Part shown: positions 16,696-24,233 of the stretch, piece after piece
Layout of the letters: each line of letters begins with the position of its first letter
Position numbering within the stretch: the first letter of the stretch is position 1
IMG/VR virus record: IMGVR_UViG_3300033551_000016
DNA: 39,757 nucleotides
Source: a virus
Reading direction: 5' to 3' (one strand)
The notes under the pieces: model-generated
Database searches by the model: none
Seen by the model: only the letters and a program-made list of their open reading frames with translations
Told to the model about the DNA's origin: nothing
Translations under genes and position numbers: made by a program

Positions 16696-16922
16696 GGCCG
16701 GTTGCCGTTCTCTGTGCACAGTTACCAACGGCGCAGGGGTCAGCAAGCTCGCTACCGTGGGATAGGTCTGAGACAGCGAGGTGCCTTGGAGTCACTGCGA
16801 GGCATGGCCGGATAAGGTAGTGATCGGTTAGACGGGCCCTATACGGAAGCTCCCTGCCGGACGTATCTCAACCTAAGCGTTGGGATGCTTTCGGCTACCC
16901 AAACCCTACCGGAAGGTTAGAG

Positions 16923-17480
16923 ATGCAAGAGGATTACCAGCTCTTAGGTATGAGCAAGAAGCAGTTCAACAGAATGAGGAAGCTCTGTGTTTCTGAATTA
17001 CTGCTTCGCAAGATTGCAACGGCATTGGAGATCCATGCAGCCATCAAGGAGCAGACAGGCTCATGGTCGCAGAACGTCGGCGACACCATCCGAGCTTTCT
17101 ACCTGAAGACTCGCAAGAAGCGGAACAGCGAAGCCAGATCGTCCCAAAGGTGGGATTATCGCCCGTACACGAAACCGCCTAAGCGCAGGTTTCAGCCAAT
17201 CGGACAGGCGCATCCAGATTACAAGCGGGATGACGGATTCTATAAGTCCCGCGAATGGCGAGAGCTACGGATTCAGGTGCTTGACCTGTGCCGGTACTGT
17301 CAAGCGTGCGGCGCTCGTCCTCCGCAGGTTCAGCTTCATGTTGACCACGTTATCCCGCGTTACAAGGCACCTCACCTCTCCCTGTCAATTTCCAATCTCC
17401 AGGTCATGTGTGAAGACTGCAATGTTGGGAAGGGAGCTTGGTCGATGGCCGATTTTCGGGATCACTTTCGTTCCATATAG
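16923..17480 (+). CDS. HNH endonuclease (classic H-N-H, 185 aa)
   Basis: C-terminal motif CRYCQACG...HVDHVIPRYKAP...NLQVMCEDCNVGKG. The segment is AT-richer than its surroundings. Confidence 0.85.
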   Translation: MQEDYQLLGMSKKQFNRMRKLCVSELLLRKIATALEIHAAIKEQTGSWSQNVGDTIRAFYLKTRKKRNSEARSSQRWDYRPYTKPPKRRFQPIGQAHPDYKRDDGFYKSREWRELRIQVLDLCRYCQACGARPPQVQLHVDHVIPRYKAPHLSLSISNLQVMCEDCNVGKGAWSMADFRDHFRSI

Positions 17481-17535
17481 AACTATGCCGGCCCAAAGGC
17501 CATCAAGTGACCCCTATTGCCTGAGGAGGCGAATC

Positions 17536-17796
17536 GTGAAGAAAGAACTGTTCTGGATTGGAATTATTTTGTGGTGGGTTGTCCTGTTTGGCTTCGTTGG
17601 TCCGTTTCTCATTTCAGCAGAAAGCACAATCGCGGTTCTGCTGGGGTTCGCACTGATCGGCGTAAGCGCGTACACCACCTATCGACTGATCCGCCGTAAC
17701 TTCACAAAGAGGACTGACAATGCGCAAGATTCGACTGATGGTGGCACTTCTGCTAGTGGCGACGCTGGCAGCGTGCACGAAGGTTCCGGCAGGTAA
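17536..17796 (+). CDS. Small membrane protein (2-3 TM) overlapping the start of the SPFH gene
   Basis: GTG 17536 lies 7 nt after GGAGG (17524-17528). Sequence LFWIGIILWWVVLFGFVGPFLI ... AVLLGFALIGVSAYTTY. It overlaps the next gene by 77 nt. Confidence 0.5.
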   Translation: MKKELFWIGIILWWVVLFGFVGPFLISAESTIAVLLGFALIGVSAYTTYRLIRRNFTKRTDNAQDSTDGGTSASGDAGSVHEGSGR

Positions 17797-18574
17797 CGTC
17801 GGCATCAAGGTTTACCTGCTGGGCGGAAGCAAGGGTGTGGACATTGAGGAAAAGGGGCCTGGCCGGCACTGGGTCGGCATCAACGAGGAAATGTATCTGT
17901 TCCCGACCTTCACGCAGAACTACACCTGGGCTAAAGACTGTCAGGATGGCGACTGCACCAACGAAGAACTTGGATTCCAGACCGTCGAGGGCTTGGCTGT
18001 CACTGCGGACGTTGGTATCAGTTACCACATCCAGCCCGACAAGGCCCCTCTTATTTTCCAAAAGTACCGCAAGGGCGTTGACGAAATCACGGACATTTAT
18101 CTGCGAAACATGGTCCGTGACTCGTTGGTCAAGAACGCGTCTTCCATGCCGGTTGAGTCTGTATACGGCAAGGGCAAGACGGAGCTTATCGCGAAAGTTC
18201 AGGACGATATCACCAAGCAGGTTGGTGGCATCGGCATCATCATCGAGAAAATCTATTGGGTCGGCGAACTTCGCCTGCCGCAGTCCGTTGTATCGGCGAT
18301 CAACGCAAAGATTCAGATGACGCAACAGGCCCAGCAGGCACAGAATCAGGTTGCGAAGGCCGAGGCCGATGCGCGCGTGAAGATTGCCAACGCTGAAGGT
18401 GCGGCCGAATCCCTGCGCATCATTTCGGAGGCTCAGGCAAACGCAATTCGGGTCAAGGCTGCGGCCATCACGGCGAACCCGGAAATCGTTCAGATGACGG
18501 CCGTGGAGAAGTGGGACGGGAAGCTGCCAACCACCAATGCAGGCGGCGCAGTACCCTTCATTCAGGTCAAGTAA
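17720..18574 (+). CDS. SPFH / band-7 (prohibitin-HflC-like) domain lipoprotein
   Basis: Signal peptide with lipobox MRKIRLMVALLLVATLAAC. An SPFH-type core (GISYHIQPDKAPLIFQKYRKG ... GIGIIIEKIYWVGELRLPQSVVSAINAK) is followed by an Ala/Gln/Glu-rich coiled coil. Confidence 0.8.
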   Translation: MRKIRLMVALLLVATLAACTKVPAGNVGIKVYLLGGSKGVDIEEKGPGRHWVGINEEMYLFPTFTQNYTWAKDCQDGDCTNEELGFQTVEGLAVTADVGISYHIQPDKAPLIFQKYRKGVDEITDIYLRNMVRDSLVKNASSMPVESVYGKGKTELIAKVQDDITKQVGGIGIIIEKIYWVGELRLPQSVVSAINAKIQMTQQAQQAQNQVAKAEADARVKIANAEGAAESLRIISEAQANAIRVKAAAITANPEIVQMTAVEKWDGKLPTTNAGGAVPFIQVK

Positions 18575-18581
18575 TCGGGCT

Positions 18582-18609
18582 GGGGCGGTCTCCATGACGC
18601 CCCGTTTGG
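18582..18609 (+). terminator. Weak intrinsic-terminator-like hairpin after the SPFH gene
   Basis: GGGGCG (18582-18587), a 10-nt loop, CGCCCC (18598-18603), then GTTTGG. Confidence 0.3.
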
Positions 18610-18657
18610 CCGGACCACGCGCCGTCCTGCGTTCTTTAGGTAAACGGGAGAGGAATC

Positions 18658-18882
18658 ATGGCAAGTCACCAATACACGAAGGTCGAGACGCCGGACTCTG
18701 AGGCGGGCTACTGCTGCAACGGGTACACGACGCGCGCGGAGGCAATCGCACAGGCTCGCCAGCATTACGAGCATAAGCTGGCGGAAGCTCAGGCATTCCT
18801 TGCGATCCACGAGGCTGATTTGCACGTCTACCAATGCACGGGCTTGTATCGCGAGAACAACATCCGTGTGCTGGAAGACTAA
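18658..18882 (+). CDS. Hypothetical protein (74 aa)
   Basis: ORF with SD GGAGAGGA upstream. Confidence 0.6.
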   Translation: MASHQYTKVETPDSEAGYCCNGYTTRAEAIAQARQHYEHKLAEAQAFLAIHEADLHVYQCTGLYRENNIRVLED

Positions 18883-18920
18883 CCGCAACCACGCGCATCA
18901 GGTAGAGACAGGAGGGTGGG

Positions 18921-19136
18921 ATGAGTGAGGATTACGAAGGTTCGGATAGATCGCCAAGGTATCGAATCGTCAACCTTGGCTGGACCGGCAAGCAGGGCGA
19001 GTCGATGTTCAGCACGGTCGGCGTCAGTCTCGCAACCGATCTGATCGAGGAAGGCTGGGTTCCGTGCGGTCTATACACAACCGACCGCGAGGAGATCATT
19101 CAAGCATTCTATCTTCCGTTAACCATAAAGTTATAA
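18921..19136 (+). CDS. Hypothetical protein (71 aa)
   Basis: ORF with SD GGAGGGTGGG upstream. Confidence 0.6.
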   Translation: MSEDYEGSDRSPRYRIVNLGWTGKQGESMFSTVGVSLATDLIEEGWVPCGLYTTDREEIIQAFYLPLTIKL

Positions 19137-19170
19137 CCCCCTACCAACTGACCCACAGCACCAGGAGAAG

Positions 19171-19404
19171 ATGATGAGTAAGACGTTTAGCGAAAGGCTT
19201 TACAGGGTTGGGGATTCGACGGAAGGCGCATTCCTTACCGTGTGCCCTGGCGCAGAAAGACCGGAGGCGGTGCTGCTTTTCTCTGACGGCGTCGCCAACT
19301 CCAAATACTTCGGGCAAATTCGCATCGAAATGTCCTCCGAGTTTATGCGCGCGCTTGGGAAGGCTCTACTTGACTGCGCCGACGACGTAGATCGACCGTT
19401 TTAA
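19171..19404 (+). CDS. Hypothetical protein (77 aa)
   Basis: ORF with SD AGGAGAAG upstream. Confidence 0.6.
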   Translation: MMSKTFSERLYRVGDSTEGAFLTVCPGAERPEAVLLFSDGVANSKYFGQIRIEMSSEFMRALGKALLDCADDVDRPF

Positions 19405-19439
19405 CAACCAACGCCGCCGCTCGGCGGGTAGGGGAGAAG

Positions 19440-19856
19440 ATGGACGTTGCAGTGCATTTCAGTTCGGCCACGGAAATGTGGGCTACCCCGCAGGAGTTTT
19501 TCGATGGGCTGGATACCGAGTTTGGGTTTCAGATGGATGTGTGTGCCATCGCCGAGAACGCCAAGTGTGCGCGGTTCTTCACTCCGCAGGAAAACGGGTT
19601 GGCACAAGAATGGAGCGGTGTCTGCTGGATGAACCCGCCATACGGCAGGGCCATCGGCCACTGGATGCGGAAGGCTTACGAGTCCAGTCAAGCCGGCGCT
19701 ACCGTGGTCTGCCTTGTCCCGGCGCGAACGGACACGGCTTGGTGGCACGAGTATGCGATGAAGGGAGAGATTAGATTCATTCGTGGCCGACTGAAGTTTG
19801 GCGGTCACAAGAACAGCGCTCCGTTCCCGTCTGCCGTCGTGGTGTTCCGTCCATGA
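19440..19856 (+). CDS. dam: Phage Dam-family DNA N6-adenine methyltransferase
   Basis: The family-typical string is present: SSATEMWATPQEFFDGLDTEFGFQMDVCA...NAKCARFFT...WSGVCWMNPPYGRAIGHWMRKA...VVCLVPARTDTAWWH...EIRFIRGRLKF...APFPSAVVVF (NPPY catalytic motif). Confidence 0.85.
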   Translation: MDVAVHFSSATEMWATPQEFFDGLDTEFGFQMDVCAIAENAKCARFFTPQENGLAQEWSGVCWMNPPYGRAIGHWMRKAYESSQAGATVVCLVPARTDTAWWHEYAMKGEIRFIRGRLKFGGHKNSAPFPSAVVVFRP

Positions 19857-20074
19857 GCCAGACACGCTTACAGTCGTTCGTGGAGACGTGTGCCAGTACG
19901 GCCATTGGCTTTGGCGTCGCCTATGTGGCGAGCTACCTTGTGCTGCCATGGTTCGGATTCCTCGTATCGCACGAACAGAACTTTTATATCACCTGCATAT
20001 TCACCGTCATCAGCCTTGTGCGCGGGTGGTGCGTTCGTCGGCTGTTCAACCGACTGCACGGGGTGAAGCCATGA
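19853..20074 (+). CDS. Small membrane protein (73 aa) coupled to dam
   Basis: ATGA overlap with dam. Two hydrophobic helices. Confidence 0.6.
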   Translation: MSQTRLQSFVETCASTAIGFGVAYVASYLVLPWFGFLVSHEQNFYITCIFTVISLVRGWCVRRLFNRLHGVKP

Positions 20075-20238
20075 TCTGCGAAACCCCCGACTGCGGCCAA
20101 GTAGCCCTGAGCGTGCTGACTACGACGTGTGGGCGGTTCTGCCTTTGTGGGTCATGCATCGAGCAGGCATTCGGCATCGTGACCCAAGTGCCGGACGAGA
20201 TCGGCGAGGCATTACGGGAGACCAGCCATGCTAGTTGA
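20071..20238 (+). CDS. Small Cys-rich protein (55 aa)
   Basis: ATG 20071 lies in an ATGA overlap. Sequence MICETPDCGQ ... CGRFCLCGSC. Confidence 0.5.
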   Translation: MICETPDCGQVALSVLTTTCGRFCLCGSCIEQAFGIVTQVPDEIGEALRETSHAS

Positions 20239-20452
20239 CCCCGAAGTCTTGATCCTAGTTCGTGAAGGTTTCAGCCTTGGAGAGATCGAGGCCCACACCG
20301 GTCTATGCCGCGAGAGGTCAGATGCCATGTTTATGCGCGCGCTTGCCGAGATAGACCGCGAGGCCCGCAGGCAGCGCTACATCGAGAATTGCCGCCGATG
20401 GAATTCTCGTAGGAAGCTGGCCGGTTCCCAGCGCGATGCGCGTTCTAGCTGA
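20228..20452 (+). CDS. Hypothetical protein (74 aa), possibly HTH
   Basis: ORF; REGFSLGEIEAHTGLCRERSDAMFMRAL is HTH-like. Confidence 0.5.
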   Translation: MLVDPEVLILVREGFSLGEIEAHTGLCRERSDAMFMRALAEIDREARRQRYIENCRRWNSRRKLAGSQRDARSS

Positions 20453-20475
20453 TATGGCAGACAAGAGGAAAGGTT

Positions 20476-20685
20476 ATGAGCTCAACAGACGGATTTATAG
20501 CGGCATTGGCATTCGGCGCTCTGTGTTCAGTAGCCGGATTGCTGACTGCGGCAAACATGGATATGGAAGCCGCCTATATCGAGTGGGCGTCCACTGTTTG
20601 CGATAAGAATGATGGGCTTAAGTCGCTGGATCGCACGACTGCTACGTGCAAGAACGGCGCGGAGTTCACGCTGGGTAATCGATGA
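20476..20685 (+). CDS. Small secreted or membrane protein (69 aa)
   Basis: N-terminal hydrophobic segment FIAALAFGALCSVAGLLTAA. Confidence 0.55.
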   Translation: MSSTDGFIAALAFGALCSVAGLLTAANMDMEAAYIEWASTVCDKNDGLKSLDRTTATCKNGAEFTLGNR

Positions 20686-20855
20686 GAAAGAAGCCAGAAC
20701 CCAAGCGCGATTCCCCCACCTACCAGCGCACCCCGCTAGTGGTATCCAAGGACGGCAAGACGTTCTCCGTGGACGCTGCGCAGGTTGTGGATCTTTTTGC
20801 CGACTACAAGCGATGGGGCCTGCTGGATAAGGATGGGAGGGTGAAGGGTGGCTGA
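20682..20855 (+). CDS. Candidate 57-aa protein, below the ORF-track cut-off
   Basis: ATG in an ATGA overlap with the upstream stop. Translation: MRKKPEPKRDSPTYQRTPLVVSKDGKTFSVDAAQVVDLFADYKRWGLLDKDGRVKGG. Confidence 0.45.
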   Translation: MRKKPEPKRDSPTYQRTPLVVSKDGKTFSVDAAQVVDLFADYKRWGLLDKDGRVKGG

Positions 20856-21246
20856 GATTCGCCAGAAAGATTGGCAGCAGACCGGCAACGGGAAGCTGTC
20901 GGCCAAGCAGATTCGGATGTTTAACGCTGTGTGTGGCGACCTAGAGCAAATCCACTGGCACGGCAACAAGTTGCACAAAGACGATTGGCGACACCTGTTC
21001 AGCGCTGTAGCGGCTGGGCAGAGGATGATGCCGGGATGGCACTACGGAGACGGGCGCGCACCAGGATTTATCATGCTAGGGAAATCTTCCCTGTCGCTTA
21101 CGCGCTCGGAGGCATCAGACGCCATCACCATGGCAATTCAGTTGGGCGATGACCCGGAATCGCAGGGGATCAAAGCCTGTCCGGTTCGCTGGTCGAATAC
21201 CGTATTGATGGGTATGGGCTTCCCTGAGGAGATAGGAAATGGTTAA
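20848..21246 (+). CDS. ninB: NinB / Orf-family recombination mediator
   Basis: Colinear with lambda NinB as I remember it: QIRMFNAVCGDLEQIHWHGNKLHKDDWRHLF versus QNRKLWACLGDVSRQVEWHGRWLDAESWKCVF, then GFIMLGKSSLSLTRSEASDAI and VRWSN. Confidence 0.7.
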   Translation: MAEIRQKDWQQTGNGKLSAKQIRMFNAVCGDLEQIHWHGNKLHKDDWRHLFSAVAAGQRMMPGWHYGDGRAPGFIMLGKSSLSLTRSEASDAITMAIQLGDDPESQGIKACPVRWSNTVLMGMGFPEEIGNG

Positions 21247-21385
21247 GCGATATGACTGCATCACCGTCACCGAGTGGGATGATACGTTCGGGAAGATGGA
21301 AGAAGAGAAGGATGGTGAATACGTTCGTTATGAGGACTACAAGGCATTAGAAGATCGCTTGAAAGAGATCGAATCCCGTGCCTGA
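21239..21385 (+). CDS. Candidate 48-aa acidic protein
   Basis: Translation MVKRYDCITVTEWDDTFGKMEEEKDGEYVRYEDYKALEDRLKEIESRA. It fills the gap between ninB and the methyltransferase and overlaps both. Confidence 0.4.
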   Translation: MVKRYDCITVTEWDDTFGKMEEEKDGEYVRYEDYKALEDRLKEIESRA

Positions 21386-21986
21386 GGTCGTGAAGAGCAT
21401 CTACTTCAGTCAGTCCGAAATACTGGACGCCATCGAGCGCCTGCATGTTCGGGATGGATGGGATGCTGACGTGACCTACGGCAATGGCGCGTTCTACAAG
21501 GGCCGCGCGGAACCGCGCCTTAAGTTCGACATTCAGCCTTTGTCCGATGGTGTCGTGCAGGCATCGTCCGTGACGGTCCCGGTGGAGTCTGCGTCGCTGT
21601 GTTCGGTGATGTTTGATCCCCCGTTCCTGACCTATGTCAGAGCGGGCCGCGACCACAAGGAAGGCAAGGTTCAGATGACGGCACGATTTGGCGGTTACTG
21701 GACATATCAGGAGCTAACGGACCACTACGGCGGCACAATCAAGGAGACTGCCAGGATCCTGGCCAAGTCCGGCGTGCTGGTCGTGAAGTGTCAAGACATA
21801 ATCCACAACCACCGGATGCACTGCACGCACGCCATGGTGATCGGAATGGCGCAGGAGTCTGGGTTCAGGTTGAAGGATCTTTTCATCCTTGCCGCAAAGC
21901 ATCGGATGCCAGGTCCACAGAAGGGGCAACAGAAGCATGCCCGCATCTATCACAGCTATTTTCTCGTTTTCGAGAGACTGAAATGA
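21378..21986 (+). CDS. Putative DNA methyltransferase (DPPF catalytic motif)
   Basis: FDPPF (a motif IV-like D/N-PP-F/Y) follows a VTYGNGAFY segment that may be an AdoMet motif. The C-terminal HSYFLVFE pattern is seen in phage methyltransferases. Confidence 0.6.
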   Translation: MPEVVKSIYFSQSEILDAIERLHVRDGWDADVTYGNGAFYKGRAEPRLKFDIQPLSDGVVQASSVTVPVESASLCSVMFDPPFLTYVRAGRDHKEGKVQMTARFGGYWTYQELTDHYGGTIKETARILAKSGVLVVKCQDIIHNHRMHCTHAMVIGMAQESGFRLKDLFILAAKHRMPGPQKGQQKHARIYHSYFLVFERLK

Positions 21987-22153
21987 AATCCGAAGGACAA
22001 CAAGCCGACTGGATAGCAAGGCAACGAGAGGCCGAAGCATATCGCATCGCAGCAGACACGGCCCTGCACAATCCTTGGCACGACGAGCGCGAGCGCCAGG
22101 AGCGGGCGGACTATTATCGGAATCAGGCCGAGAGGCTGGAGGCGGCGCTATGA
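21983..22153 (+). CDS. Hypothetical helical protein (56 aa)
   Basis: ATG 21983 in an ATGA overlap. Confidence 0.45.
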   Translation: MKSEGQQADWIARQREAEAYRIAADTALHNPWHDERERQERADYYRNQAERLEAAL

Positions 22154-22371
22154 GTTGGAAATTGATCCCTGTTCCTTTCGGTTTTGAGTGGAGGTTTTGG
22201 GTTGTATATGACCCGGGTCCAAAAACTGAGTTAACGATTGAGCAGAAGAGACAGAAAGCCAGGCAGGATGAAAGTATGGCGAACTGGAATGGTGACCTTT
22301 CATCCTTTGGGAAAAGCCTAAGTCCATATTCTTGTTGCCGCCATTCCGGGTGTAAATCATGCCAACCATGA
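22150..22371 (+). CDS. Hypothetical protein (73 aa), in an AT-richer segment
   Basis: ATG 22150 in an ATGA overlap. C-terminal CCRHSGCKSC. Confidence 0.45.
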   Translation: MSWKLIPVPFGFEWRFWVVYDPGPKTELTIEQKRQKARQDESMANWNGDLSSFGKSLSPYSCCRHSGCKSCQP

Positions 22372-22721
22372 CCGCCAACATGCGAGACGTGGTAATCCGC
22401 GAAATCGGCTGCATCATTACCCTTCGCAAGTTTGGATATTACGCACCATGCGAGAAGCACCACCTCCTGACGACTGGTAGGCACGGCACTGGCAAACGGC
22501 GAGGCGAGCAGGCAACCATTGGCCTGACGCCGTATTATCATAGGGGTTACAACTACTCCGGTTTGCAGGAAACAATGTCGCGCGCGGATGCTCTGGCGTA
22601 CTTCGGACCCAGCTACGCGGACAGCCCCAAGCTTTTCAGGGCTGAGTTCGGCGACGATGAAAGCCTACTTGCCGAGCAGGACCGACTAATCGCCGTATGG
22701 CGGGAGAGCTTTGTCGTATGA
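22359..22721 (+). CDS. Ref-like (P1 Ref family) HNH-type recombination enhancement nuclease
   Basis: The pattern IGCIITLRKFGYYAPCEKHHLLTTG...GKRRGEQATIGLTPYYHRG...FRAEFGDDESLLAEQ matches my recollection of the Ref-family consensus. Confidence 0.6.
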   Translation: MPTMTANMRDVVIREIGCIITLRKFGYYAPCEKHHLLTTGRHGTGKRRGEQATIGLTPYYHRGYNYSGLQETMSRADALAYFGPSYADSPKLFRAEFGDDESLLAEQDRLIAVWRESFVV

Positions 22722-23023
22722 GGCGAGCAGCTAAGGTCGATGCGAACCATGGGAGCGTCATCAAGGCTCTTCGCGAGGCTGGGTGCTGGGTTCTAGACCT
22801 TTCGGCGATTGGGAGGGGTTGTCCCGACCTTTTGGTACATGGCCCGGTCTACCCATGGGATTTCAAGCTAGTGGAAATCAAGGACGGCTCCAAGGCTCCC
22901 AGCGCGCGGAAGCTGACCCCGGATCAGGTGACGTTCCATGCTGGTGTTCGTGGCCCAGTCCACGTAGTGAACAATGAGGCTGAAGCGTTGGCCGTGATGG
23001 GAATAAAGTGCCCCCATGGGTAA
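22718..23023 (+). CDS. PD-(D/E)xK nuclease (VRR-NUC / Hjc-like), putative Holliday-junction resolvase
   Basis: ATG 22718 in an ATGA overlap. KVDANHGSVIKALREAGCWVLDLS..GCPDLLV....KLVEIKDG...KLTPDQVTFH has the D...E-x-K core. Confidence 0.65.
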   Translation: MRRAAKVDANHGSVIKALREAGCWVLDLSAIGRGCPDLLVHGPVYPWDFKLVEIKDGSKAPSARKLTPDQVTFHAGVRGPVHVVNNEAEALAVMGIKCPHG

Positions 23024-23309
23024 GCGCAGCAAGATCACAGTGAAATTCAAGATGGCCGTGTCGGGTCATGCGCTGCTTCAGGAGGCGTCTGCTGACACGG
23101 GGCTGTCGGTGACTGAAATCATCCTGCGGGGGCTGGAGAAAGAGCTATCCCCATGGGTCAGAAAGCGAATACAGGAGAGGGTGGATGCGACTCGCACAAC
23201 TGACAGGCTACAACACGAGCGGCAAGGGGTTTTGGCATCACGTCCTTCCCGAGGGCAACGTCTGCACGACGATGGGCCGGCGGGTACTGGTGACGGCTCC
23301 GGGCGTTGA
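23016..23309 (+). CDS. Hypothetical protein, with a possible N-terminal ribbon-helix-helix. The 3' part overlaps the next ORF and may not be translated
   Basis: KITVKFKMAVSGHALLQEASADTGLSVTEIILRGLEKEL is RHH-like. The last ~40 codons are low-complexity and overlap 23185..23388. Confidence 0.45.
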   Translation: MGKRSKITVKFKMAVSGHALLQEASADTGLSVTEIILRGLEKELSPWVRKRIQERVDATRTTDRLQHERQGVLASRPSRGQRLHDDGPAGTGDGSGR

Positions 23310-23388
23310 GGACTACTGGCTGGACGAGTATGGCAATGTCGAGCTTGCGCGGGTGTTCAGGGCGGTTTCCGAAGATAACGGAAATTAG
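23185..23388 (+). CDS. Hypothetical protein (67 aa)
   Basis: ATG preceded by GGAGAGGGTGG. Normal composition. Confidence 0.55.
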   Translation: MRLAQLTGYNTSGKGFWHHVLPEGNVCTTMGRRVLVTAPGVEDYWLDEYGNVELARVFRAVSEDNGN

Positions 23389-23479
23389 CATTACGCTCTG
23401 CAATCAGGCTGGCCGGTTCTATTCGCGACTGTCGTCTAAGTAGTGTAAGCAGGGGGAATCCACCTAAGAGGGTTCCGAG

Positions 23480-23692
23480 ATGGGCAGGAAGTCAGAGTAC
23501 GAAGCCAACCGCTTGTTGGCAGATACGCCTCGCCGCAGGATCAACCGGGACTACGTGCCCACGGTGATTCCGCTGGGCGAGGTTCTGAAGGTGCTAGGTG
23601 CATTCACGGCGGGGCTGGTACTGATCGCCAATGCGGAGGGAGTATGGACGTGGTTGAGTGCTATTACGGCAAGGGTGATCGGCGGCGGGTGA
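23480..23692 (+). CDS. Small membrane protein (70 aa)
   Basis: C-terminal TM helix VLKVLGAFTAGLVLIA. Confidence 0.55.
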   Translation: MGRKSEYEANRLLADTPRRRINRDYVPTVIPLGEVLKVLGAFTAGLVLIANAEGVWTWLSAITARVIGGG

Positions 23693-23829
23693 TTGGCTGG
23701 CTGGTTGAGGGAATTGATGGATTCCTCAGATACGTCCAGAGCGGGCCTAGAGATCCTGTCCGCATCGTATGGCCGGATGGTCGTCTATTCGACTACTACC
23801 AGGATGATGGTAGATGGGAGGCCGCATGA
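23644..23829 (+). CDS. Hypothetical protein (61 aa)
   Basis: ORF with SD GGAGGGAGT upstream. Confidence 0.5.
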   Translation: MDVVECYYGKGDRRRVIGWLVEGIDGFLRYVQSGPRDPVRIVWPDGRLFDYYQDDGRWEAA

Positions 23830-24173
23830 CCAGAGACGACCTCGACAACCTGCTAAACCACCCTCTCATGCCTCCGGTGTGGACGGCTGTACGGCTGGCG
23901 TCGCATCACTTTGCGGGCATACCTGAAGTGAAATCTCTTGATGCAATCGTTACCGAGGGTTCTCAGTATTCAGCGATTGGCCGCCCAACAGATTTAGACT
24001 GGCTGAAGTCCAGCATTGAAGCGGGCGACACAGACCCTTACGGCACAAGGCGGCGCGAACTTCGGGAGCGCTGGGCCAATCAGGGCATGTACGAGAACGG
24101 CCTAGACTGGGAAGCCCCGGAGCCGCCGAGTGGGGCGGAAGGGCTGACGGTGGTAGAGATCAAGCCTGACTAG
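23826..24173 (+). CDS. Hypothetical protein (115 aa)
   Basis: ATG 23826 in an ATGA overlap. Confidence 0.6.
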   Translation: MTRDDLDNLLNHPLMPPVWTAVRLASHHFAGIPEVKSLDAIVTEGSQYSAIGRPTDLDWLKSSIEAGDTDPYGTRRRELRERWANQGMYENGLDWEAPEPPSGAEGLTVVEIKPD

Positions 24174-24233
24174 TGCTAGATTTGGATTGCCGCCGGCTTG
24201 GCGGTGACTATGCCCTGAGGGGCAGGAGATAGC

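Noticed and set aside
16571-16795. 74-aa minus-strand ORF inside the non-coding island
   Set aside because: No SD, an Arg/Gly/Leu-rich sequence, and it lies across the strongest RNA helices. The region is better explained as structured RNA.
16479-17480. Group I or group II intron carrying the HNH ORF
   Set aside because: The flanking ORFs are complete small genes with their own stops and starts, and do not look like exons of a split conserved gene. No reverse transcriptase is present, and I could not recognise P7/P3-type core pairings with confidence.
17753-18595. 280-aa ORF on the minus strand, almost exactly co-extensive with the SPFH gene
   Set aside because: It is the antisense frame of a well-supported gene. 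Its Arg/Leu-rich composition is typical of antisense reading of GC-rich coding DNA, it has no SD, and it matches no motif.
21714-22541. 275-aa minus-strand ORF spanning four plus-strand genes
   Set aside because: It crosses several independently supported, translationally coupled plus-strand genes. Its composition is low-complexity and Arg/Leu/Pro/Ser-rich, and it has no SD. It is a GC-driven shadow ORF.
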